A stretch of DNA of 64,000 bases from Candidatus Amesbacteria bacterium (GTDB lineage Bacteria; Patescibacteriota; Microgenomatia; CAZETR01; Amesbacteraceae). Shown piece after piece: positions 57,543 through 64,000 of this stretch. The position numbers and the translations under genes were made by a program. The stretch is from contig DAHWUD010000001.1 of NCBI GenBank assembly GCA_027331445.1, forward strand, positions 43,157 to 107,156, written 5' to 3'. How positions within the stretch are numbered: position 1 is the stretch's first letter; each line of letters opens with the position of its first letter. The notes beneath the pieces were generated by a model, which ran no database searches, was not told where the DNA came from, and saw nothing but the letters and a program-made list of their open reading frames with translations.

Positions 57543-58649
57543 ATGGCATATAATCAATTCATGCGCGTGGGGATTGACGTTTCACAGGCCGTTTACGGCA
57601 CCGGGGTTTCCGACTACACGCTCAATTTGGTTGAATCCTTGGGCCACATTTCCGGTCTTGACCTATCTTTATTTGCCTCCGGTTTGCGCCGGGGCCGCAC
57701 TCTGCGGCGACTTTTTCCCCACTCCCGCTTATACCCCTTTCCCCCCACCGCCCTGCATTATCTCTGGAATATCCTGCACCTGGTAAATGTCGAACACTTT
57801 ACCGGACCCATCGACGTCTTTCATGCCTCCGACTGGACCCAGCCCCCCTCTTCCCGGCCCACCGTCACCACCGTCCACGATCTGTCTCCCGTCCTGCTGC
57901 CGGGTGAAATGCGTAGCGGCGGATATCGGGATATCGTCGCCGTTCAAACTGCCCGTCTGCATTGGGCCGTCAAAGAATGTGCCAAAATTATCTGTGTATC
58001 CCGGTCCACGGCCGCCGATCTGCAGTCTGTTAGTCACGTCCCTGCCTCCCGCCTCGCCGTCATTCCCGAAGCCCTGCCTTCCCGGTTTGACCTTGACCCT
58101 CCGCCGGAACAGGTCGCAACTGTAAAAAAGAAATATCATTTGACCGACTACTTAATTTCGGTCGGCACTGCTCATCCCCGAAAAAATTTTCTCCGTCTGG
58201 CCCAATCTTTTATCAAATTTAGGTCTTTATACCGGCTTCCTGACCGACTGGTCCTCGCCGGCGCCTCGGGCTGGGGTCCCCGTCTGCCCCGTGACCCCGC
58301 CTTGGTCACCCCTGGATATTTACCCGATCCCGAATTAGCCGCCCTGGTCAAAGGTGCCGCCGCTTTTGTTTTCCCTTCACTTTATGAAGGTTTTGGTCTG
58401 CCGCTGCTGCTGGCTTGGCGCCAGCAGGTCCCCACAGTAACCTCCAACGTCTCTTCCCTACCTGAGGTCGCTGGTAAAGCCGCCGTTTTGGTCAACCCGC
58501 TTGATGAAGAAGCTATCGCGCAGGGGATTTCCCAAGCCATTAAATCCCGTGCCCGCTTAGTCGCCGCCGGAACGGCCAGGTTGTCCGAATTCAGCTGGCC
58601 CGATATCGCAGATAAAACTTACTCCGTCTACAAATCCGTATGCTTATAG
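57543..58649 (+). CDS. GT4 family glycosyltransferase, tandem paralog 1
   Basis: YEGFGLPLLLAWRQQVPTVTSNVSSLPEVAGKAAVLV. Confidence 0.65.
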   Translation: MAYNQFMRVGIDVSQAVYGTGVSDYTLNLVESLGHISGLDLSLFASGLRRGRTLRRLFPHSRLYPFPPTALHYLWNILHLVNVEHFTGPIDVFHASDWTQPPSSRPTVTTVHDLSPVLLPGEMRSGGYRDIVAVQTARLHWAVKECAKIICVSRSTAADLQSVSHVPASRLAVIPEALPSRFDLDPPPEQVATVKKKYHLTDYLISVGTAHPRKNFLRLAQSFIKFRSLYRLPDRLVLAGASGWGPRLPRDPALVTPGYLPDPELAALVKGAAAFVFPSLYEGFGLPLLLAWRQQVPTVTSNVSSLPEVAGKAAVLVNPLDEEAIAQGISQAIKSRARLVAAGTARLSEFSWPDIADKTYSVYKSVCL

Positions 58650-59734
58650 GTATCGATGCCAACGAAGCCAATCTTACCCCCAATCGGGTGGGCATAAATC
58701 AGTATGCCTACGGCGTTTTAAAAGCTTTGTGGAACCTTAAAGCTCCTCATGAATTTATTATTTATCTTAAAACTCCGCCCCTTCCCGATTTACCGCCCGC
58801 CCGTTCCGGCTGGACTTATCGGGTTCTGTCTTTTCCCAAATTTTGGACCCAGACCCGCCTGCCTTGGGATTTATACCGGCACCGTCCCCGCCCCGACGTC
58901 TTTCTCAGTCTTACCCATTACGCCCCCCGCTGGTCCCCCATGCCCATCGTGGTGGAAATTATGGATCTGGGATTTCTAAAAGACCCCGGCCAATTTACTC
59001 CCCGCGACTTTAATCAATTAAAGACCTGGACCGCCTATTCCGTATCCCGGGCCGCAAAAATAATTACCATCTCTCGGCATACCAAATCCGATATCATCAG
59101 CACCTATCACCGCTCCCCGGCAGATATCGCCGTCACTTATCCCGGATTCGATCCCCGCCTTTATTTTCCGCATCATCAGCCCGGCGTCCTGAAAAAATAT
59201 CATCTCCGTGAGCCCTATTTTTTGTTCGTCAGCAGTCTCAAGCCCAGCAAAAACCTGACGGGGCTGATTTCGGCCTTTTCCGAATTTCCGGACTCCGGCT
59301 ACTCGCTGGTCATTGTCGGCAAAAAAGCCTGGCTCTACGAAGACATTTTTGCTTTGGTGGCCAAAATGCATTTGGAAAACCGGGTCATCTTCACTGGGTT
59401 TATTCCCGAAGCTGATAAACCGGCTTTAATGTCCCGGGCGGCCGCTTTTGTCCTCCCCAGTTTTTATGAAGGATTTGGCATTCCTGTTTTGGAAGCCATG
59501 GCTTGCGGCGTTCCCGTCGTGGTTTCCCGGGTCGCCAGTCTTCCCGAAGTGGCCGGGGACGCCGGAATTTATGTCGATCCTCATTCTTCCACCTCGATTA
59601 CTGCCGGTTTAACTACCGCCGTCGGGACTGCCCGATCACAATTTGTGGCCCGGGGTCTGGCTAGAGTAAAATTATTCAGTTGGGCCAAAACCGCCCGCGT
59701 TACACTCTCGGTTTTAGAAAGCTTATCCGCCTAA
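58640..59734 (+). CDS. GT4 family glycosyltransferase, tandem paralog 2
   Basis: YEGFGIPVLEAMACGVPVVVSRVASLPEVAGDAGIYV; N-terminal GIDANEANL... collinear with 57543 product. Confidence 0.7.
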   Translation: MLIGIDANEANLTPNRVGINQYAYGVLKALWNLKAPHEFIIYLKTPPLPDLPPARSGWTYRVLSFPKFWTQTRLPWDLYRHRPRPDVFLSLTHYAPRWSPMPIVVEIMDLGFLKDPGQFTPRDFNQLKTWTAYSVSRAAKIITISRHTKSDIISTYHRSPADIAVTYPGFDPRLYFPHHQPGVLKKYHLREPYFLFVSSLKPSKNLTGLISAFSEFPDSGYSLVIVGKKAWLYEDIFALVAKMHLENRVIFTGFIPEADKPALMSRAAAFVLPSFYEGFGIPVLEAMACGVPVVVSRVASLPEVAGDAGIYVDPHSSTSITAGLTTAVGTARSQFVARGLARVKLFSWAKTARVTLSVLESLSA

Positions 59735-59737
59735 ATT

Positions 59738-60334
59738 ATGTTAACCGATCGCATGGGCCAGAAACTATCACCGTCCCAGGTGGCCAAAAAAGGCGCCAAT
59801 CGCCTGCGCAACATCTGGCTCGACCTGCTTCTTTTTAAACTCTATGTCGTGGGTTATATTCCTTTTCATTCCGTCCGCAATTTCATTTACCGTCTGGCCG
59901 GGATCCGCTTGGGAGCGGGCAGCACCCTGCACATGTGGGCCCGTTTTTTTCAGCCCCAAAACATTCACATCGGCGCCGACACCATCATCGGCGACCACGC
60001 TTTTCTCGACGGCCGGGCCCCGCTGACCATCGGCGACCACGTGGATATTGCCTCCCAGGTGTTGATTTACAATTCCGAGCACGATATCAACTCCGATGAC
60101 TTTCACGCCGTCGAGTCACCCGTCACCATCGGCGACTTTGTCTTTATCGGCCCCCGCGCTATCATTATGCCCGGCGTCACCATCAGCAGGGGAGCCATAG
60201 TTGCCGGCGGAGCCGTTGTCACCCGGGACGTCCCTGAATTCACCATCGTGGGCGGTGTTCCGGCCAAAGAGATCGGGCAGCGTCAGAACAAACATCCCCA
60301 TTACCGCTTGGGCCGGGCGCGACTGTTCCAATAA
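59738..60334 (+). CDS. hexapeptide-repeat (left-handed beta-helix) sugar O-acetyltransferase
   Basis: IGDHAFLDGRAPLTIGDHVDIASQVLIYN...VTIGDFVFIGPRAIIMPGVTISRGAIVAGGAVVTRDVPEFTIVGGVPAKEIGQR - repeated [LIV]GxxxxI hexapeptides. Confidence 0.7.
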   Translation: MLTDRMGQKLSPSQVAKKGANRLRNIWLDLLLFKLYVVGYIPFHSVRNFIYRLAGIRLGAGSTLHMWARFFQPQNIHIGADTIIGDHAFLDGRAPLTIGDHVDIASQVLIYNSEHDINSDDFHAVESPVTIGDFVFIGPRAIIMPGVTISRGAIVAGGAVVTRDVPEFTIVGGVPAKEIGQRQNKHPHYRLGRARLFQ

Positions 60335-60335
60335 T

Positions 60336-60854
60336 ATGCGCAGATTGCTGACTTTCCTGTTTATGCTGTTGATTTTGGTAACAGCCGTCTATTTGGCACT
60401 GCCGTCGCCCGCTTTTCCTCCCCCCCCGCCTAATTCCCTGCAATCGGATGAGCCGGCGGATACTGAAAGTGTTTACCGCCGGGCCTACTACACCGATTAC
60501 TCCCGGTCTGAAATTATGGCTTATTATAAAAAACAGTTTCAGTCTTCCCCCCTCGGCCGTCTTCCGCTGTTGCAGATTCGTCTCAACTATCCGCCCGAAG
60601 ATGCTTTCACTTACATCCGCGACCAGACCCAAAGCTCCTGGCTGGAGGAATTGGTCCATCCGGGCCGGGAATCAATTTTTATTAACGGATTCTATCCCAC
60701 CAAGCCGACGGAGCAGATCAATATCAACGGGGTCCACTACCTCAATAAAATTACTGTCCATTACTATCCCTCCCGGGCCGTCAGCCGCCTCACGGTCCTG
60801 GCCCTTACAGTCATCGCCGTTATCTGGTTGAAAAAGGAATATGGCCAAGTTTAA
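60336..60854 (+). CDS. hypothetical bitopic protein (N- and C-terminal TM, proline-rich linker)
   Basis: ORF track 60201..60854; preferred start ATG 60336 two nt after upstream stop; MRRLLTFLFMLLILVTAVYLALPSPAFPPPPPNS... Confidence 0.4.
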   Translation: MRRLLTFLFMLLILVTAVYLALPSPAFPPPPPNSLQSDEPADTESVYRRAYYTDYSRSEIMAYYKKQFQSSPLGRLPLLQIRLNYPPEDAFTYIRDQTQSSWLEELVHPGRESIFINGFYPTKPTEQININGVHYLNKITVHYYPSRAVSRLTVLALTVIAVIWLKKEYGQV

Positions 60855-62190
60855 CCTGATTCTTTTAGTTTTAATCCTCCTCTTTATACCTTTGTATCCC
60901 AAGTTTCCTTTGCTCGGCGTCAGCGGCACTTATGTTTCCATCCGCCTTGACGATTTGGTCGTAGCCTTGGTCTTCGCCGTCTTTGCCGCCCAGTCTCTAA
61001 AAAGGAAATTTTCCGATTTTTTCACTCCGCTGTCCCGGTCTGTCCTCCTTTATTTATTCACGGGAGTCGTCGCCACTTTTTCCGCCATCTTCGTCATCAA
61101 AAGTTCGGATCTGTCCCAGGGAGTTCTCTATACTCTCCGGCATTTCGAGTACTTTACCCTGTTTTACTGCGGCTATGCCTTCACCAAAAAAACCACCGAT
61201 CTGCACTTTATTACCCGGGTGATTCTGGTGGTCAGCGTCCTTATTTCATTTTACGGCTTGGGCCAGGCCTTTTTCAATTTTCCCGTCATCTCCACCACCA
61301 ACAGCGAATTCTCCAAAGGCCTGGCTTTGACTTTGGGGCCGGGGGCCAGAATTAACTCCACTTTTGCTGGTCAGTACGACCTGGCCGCTTATTGTATGTT
61401 TCCGTTGCTGTTGATTATTGCCCTGCTGCCCTACGCCAAACCCAAGTGGTTTTTGATTTTCGTCGGTGGCCTGCTCTATTGGACATTGCTCTTGTCCGCC
61501 TCGCGCATCACCTTTTTCAGTTTCGTGGCCTCCGCCGGTTTACTCCTCTTAGTTATCCGCCGCCGCCTCTGGCTGATCCCTCTGGGTTTTATTGCCGTCA
61601 TCGGGGTGCTTATGTCGCCCCAACTGCGCGGCCGTTATTTGGACCTCATTACTACCCGGCTTAAACTTTCATCCGCTGTCACGGTTTACGCTCAAAGCCC
61701 CTCTCTCCCTCCCGCTTCCGCTTCGGCAGTTTCTAAAAATGTCGCCACCCCGGCCGCGGCTTTAGTCCCGTCCGCCCAGCCGGAAGACCGCTCGACCGAT
61801 ATCCGTCTGCAGGTGGAATGGCCCCGGGCAATCCGGGCCTTCACCAAAAACCCGGTTTTGGGTACGGGTTTCTCTTCCGTCGGCCTGGCCGTGGATAACG
61901 ATTTGCTGCGGTCGCTGGCCGAGACCGGACTCGTCGGCACCGTCGCTTTCCTGTTGATTTTCATCCGCTTTTTCAAAAGCTCCTGGTCATATCTCATCCG
62001 CTATCCGGCAGATCACCCCACACTGGCGGCTTCTTTTGTGGCCGCCTTTTCCCTGGGCCTGTTCGGATTGATCATAAATGCCCTGTTTATAGACATTTTT
62101 ACCGCTTCCAAAATCGCTTTTACCACCTGGTGCCTGATGGGTGTGAGCGAAAAAATCATCTACTTAAGCTATGATACCGGTACAGTATGA
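60841..62190 (+). CDS. O-antigen ligase / polymerase-like membrane protein (Wzy_C family)
   Basis: 449 aa, about 10-12 TMs with a large extracytoplasmic loop containing LLLSASRITFFSF (conserved SR of Wzy_C/WaaL family). Confidence 0.45.
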   Translation: MAKFNLILLVLILLFIPLYPKFPLLGVSGTYVSIRLDDLVVALVFAVFAAQSLKRKFSDFFTPLSRSVLLYLFTGVVATFSAIFVIKSSDLSQGVLYTLRHFEYFTLFYCGYAFTKKTTDLHFITRVILVVSVLISFYGLGQAFFNFPVISTTNSEFSKGLALTLGPGARINSTFAGQYDLAAYCMFPLLLIIALLPYAKPKWFLIFVGGLLYWTLLLSASRITFFSFVASAGLLLLVIRRRLWLIPLGFIAVIGVLMSPQLRGRYLDLITTRLKLSSAVTVYAQSPSLPPASASAVSKNVATPAAALVPSAQPEDRSTDIRLQVEWPRAIRAFTKNPVLGTGFSSVGLAVDNDLLRSLAETGLVGTVAFLLIFIRFFKSSWSYLIRYPADHPTLAASFVAAFSLGLFGLIINALFIDIFTASKIAFTTWCLMGVSEKIIYLSYDTGTV

Positions 62191-63626
62191 AAATTAAAGC
62201 CCGCTACCTTATCCTGGTCGCCATCTTGATTTTGGGATTTGCCCTGCGTCTGTACAAGATTCACAACCCGGTCGCTGACTGGCATTCCTGGCGTCAGGCA
62301 GACACTTCCGCCGTCACCCGCAATTTTGTCAAATACGGCATCGATCTTCTACATCCCCGCTACGACGATTTTTCTGACGTCTCCGGCAAAGGCTTGTTCA
62401 ATCCTCACGGCTACCGGTTTGTCGAATTTCCCATCTTTAATCTGATTCATTATTTTCTCTTCCGGCTGTATCCCCGGCTGACCCTGGAAGTTTGGGGCCG
62501 GCTGACTTCGGTTTTGGCCGCCCTGGTTTCGGCCGTTTTCCTGTTCGCTTATGTTTCCCGGCGCACCCGGCCGGGTATCGGCCTGCTTTCCGCTTTCTTT
62601 TATCTCACTCTCCCGTACAACATTTATTTCACCCGCACCATCCTTCCGGATCCGTTGATGGTCACTTTCGTCCTCGCCGGGATTTATTATTTTGATAACT
62701 GGTTTACCAAATCCCGCCGTCTGGACTTGGTTTTGGGGATCGTCGCCTGCACCGCCGCCATTCTTGTAAAACCTCCCGCCGTTTTCTTTCTTCTCCCCAT
62801 TCCTTATCTGGCCTGGAAGAAATATGGCCTGAAAGCCTTTAAAAAGTTTTACCTCTACCTGGCCGGTTTTATCATCATCTTGCCGTTTATTGCCTGGCGC
62901 ATCTGGATGCTTCGCTATCCCGAAGGCATTCCGGCCAGCGGCTGGTTATTAAACGGCAATCACATCCGTTTTAAAGGCGCTTTTTTCCAATGGCTCTTCG
63001 GCCAGCGGCTGGGGGATTTGATTTTGGGCAACTGGGGCCTCATCCCTTTCGGCGCCGGCCTGATTGCCGCTATCGGCCTGGCCCCTGAATTTTTAATTTG
63101 GTTTCTTTCCTCGCTGATTTATCTCACCGTCTTTGCCACCGGCAACATTCAGCACGATTATTATCAAATTGGCATTATCCCCTCCGTGGCCATTCTTTTA
63201 GCCATCGGCACTCACTCGCTGTTTGTTTCCCGGGGATCGTTTTTCCAAAAGATTGCCCGGGGTGCGCTGGCTTTGGTTTCACTGGCTTTTATGTTCGCCT
63301 TTGGTTGGTATGCCGTGAGAGGGGACTACCAGGTCAACCATTGGGAAATTGTCCACGCCGGCCAGGCCGTCGACCATCTCGTCCCCAAAGACGCCCACGT
63401 CGTGGCTCCGTATCTGGGCGACACGGCTTTTCTTTACCAGACCAATCGCGACGGCTTTCCCTATATGGTCATGCCGATTAAGGATATGATCGACCGGTTT
63501 AACATCACTTACTATGTCTCGACCAATTTTGACAATCAGACCAATGCCATTATGAAAAAATATACCGTTACAGAGAAAACCCCCGAATTTGTCATCGTCA
63601 AGTTGGTTGAACCCAAGAGGCCCTAG
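62187..63626 (+). CDS. GT-C glycosyltransferase (ArnT/PMT_2-like)
   Basis: LRLYKIHNPVADWHSWRQADTSAVTRNF N-terminal loop after first TM, polytopic N-terminal half plus C-terminal soluble domain; ATGA coupling. Confidence 0.45.
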   Translation: MKIKARYLILVAILILGFALRLYKIHNPVADWHSWRQADTSAVTRNFVKYGIDLLHPRYDDFSDVSGKGLFNPHGYRFVEFPIFNLIHYFLFRLYPRLTLEVWGRLTSVLAALVSAVFLFAYVSRRTRPGIGLLSAFFYLTLPYNIYFTRTILPDPLMVTFVLAGIYYFDNWFTKSRRLDLVLGIVACTAAILVKPPAVFFLLPIPYLAWKKYGLKAFKKFYLYLAGFIIILPFIAWRIWMLRYPEGIPASGWLLNGNHIRFKGAFFQWLFGQRLGDLILGNWGLIPFGAGLIAAIGLAPEFLIWFLSSLIYLTVFATGNIQHDYYQIGIIPSVAILLAIGTHSLFVSRGSFFQKIARGALALVSLAFMFAFGWYAVRGDYQVNHWEIVHAGQAVDHLVPKDAHVVAPYLGDTAFLYQTNRDGFPYMVMPIKDMIDRFNITYYVSTNFDNQTNAIMKKYTVTEKTPEFVIVKLVEPKRP

Positions 63627-63629
63627 TCT

Positions 63630-64000
63630 ATGAAAATCCTCATGCTGACGCCGTATTTACCTTATCCCTTGCTGTCCGGCGGTCAAATCCGCAGTTACAA
63701 TTTAATAAAAAATCTCAGCTCCAAACACGACATAACTCTTTTTAGTCTTATCAAGGATGAATCGGAAACCCGGTACCTGCCCGAGTTGGCCAAATTTTGT
63801 ACTTCTGTCCAGGTTTTCAAGCGCACTTTTTCTCCCTGGGCCCCCCGCAATATTTTTCGGGCCGGGTTTACGTCTTACCCTTTTTTGGTTACCCGCAATT
63901 TGGTCGATCAGACCAAATCCGCCGTCGCCGCCGAGATTGCCGCCCACCACTACGATCTGATTCACGCCGAAACTTTTTACATGATGCCCAATATTCCCCA
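63630..64000 (+). CDS. GT4 family glycosyltransferase, 5' partial (runs off window end)
   Basis: Not in the ORF track because no stop is reached; ATG 63630 three nt after upstream TAG; MKILMLTPYLPYPLLSGGQIRSYNLIKNLSSKHDITLFSL is a typical GT4 N-terminal domain start. Confidence 0.5.
   Translation, partial: MKILMLTPYLPYPLLSGGQIRSYNLIKNLSSKHDITLFSLIKDESETRYLPELAKFCTSVQVFKRTFSPWAPRNIFRAGFTSYPFLVTRNLVDQTKSAVAAEIAAHHYDLIHAETFYMMPNIP

Noticed and set aside
1-64000. Search for tRNA/rRNA genes, CRISPR arrays, transposases, integrases and phage genes
   Set aside because: Intergenic spacers are almost all under 60 nt and every long ORF has a glycan-related family signature. I saw no direct-repeat/spacer periodicity, no cloverleaf-sized non-coding gaps and no DDE/tyrosine recombinase motifs. 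The low-GC island therefore cannot be tied to an obvious mobile element from this window alone.

Overview
The whole 64 kb window is one very large, densely packed cell-surface / protein glycosylation locus. I found no tRNA, rRNA, CRISPR array, transposase, integrase or phage gene. I count 58 protein-coding genes, 52 on the + strand. Most are translationally coupled (ATGA or TAATG overlaps, gaps mostly under 15 nt) and form essentially one super-operon, interrupted by two single minus-strand genes, a pair of minus-strand genes at 21.3-22.0 and 25.4-26.2 kb, and one four-gene minus-strand cassette at 31.4-33.8 kb.

Gene content, by family:
- About 16 polytopic membrane proteins that look like GT-C-fold glycosyltransferases. 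These include a tandem array of five PMT/ArnT-like paralogs at 3.5-14.5 kb, one YfhO-like protein, one PIG-V-like protein, two PMT_2/ArnT-like proteins, several DUF2029/GT87-like proteins, and a pair of roughly 730-aa paralogs of unknown family.
- Eight or nine GT4 (GT-B fold) glycosyltransferases.
- Eight GT2 (GT-A fold) enzymes. Two of them look like DPM1/GtrB-type polyprenyl-phosphate-monosaccharide synthases, which would supply donors to the GT-C enzymes.
- Eight class I SAM methyltransferases plus two FkbM-family methyltransferases.
- Two Wzx-like flippases and one Wzy/WaaL-like ligase or polymerase.
- Sugar-nucleotide enzymes: UDP-GlcNAc 2-epimerase-like, RmlD-like reductase, two paralogous nucleotidyltransferases, a HAD phosphatase, a cupin and a GDPD-like phosphodiesterase.
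- A hexapeptide-repeat O-acetyltransferase and an FAD-dependent oxidoreductase.

A compositional island of about 24 kb with visibly lower GC (roughly 20/21.3 to 45.2 kb) sits inside the otherwise GC-rich locus. It carries most of the methyltransferases, the two 730-aa membrane-protein paralogs and the sugar-nucleotide genes.

I infer a multi-branch, heavily methylated glycan or protein-O-glycosylation system that relies on many lipid-linked-donor (GT-C) transferases. No priming phosphoglycosyltransferase is visible in the window. All family assignments come from motif recognition by eye and need HMM or structure confirmation.
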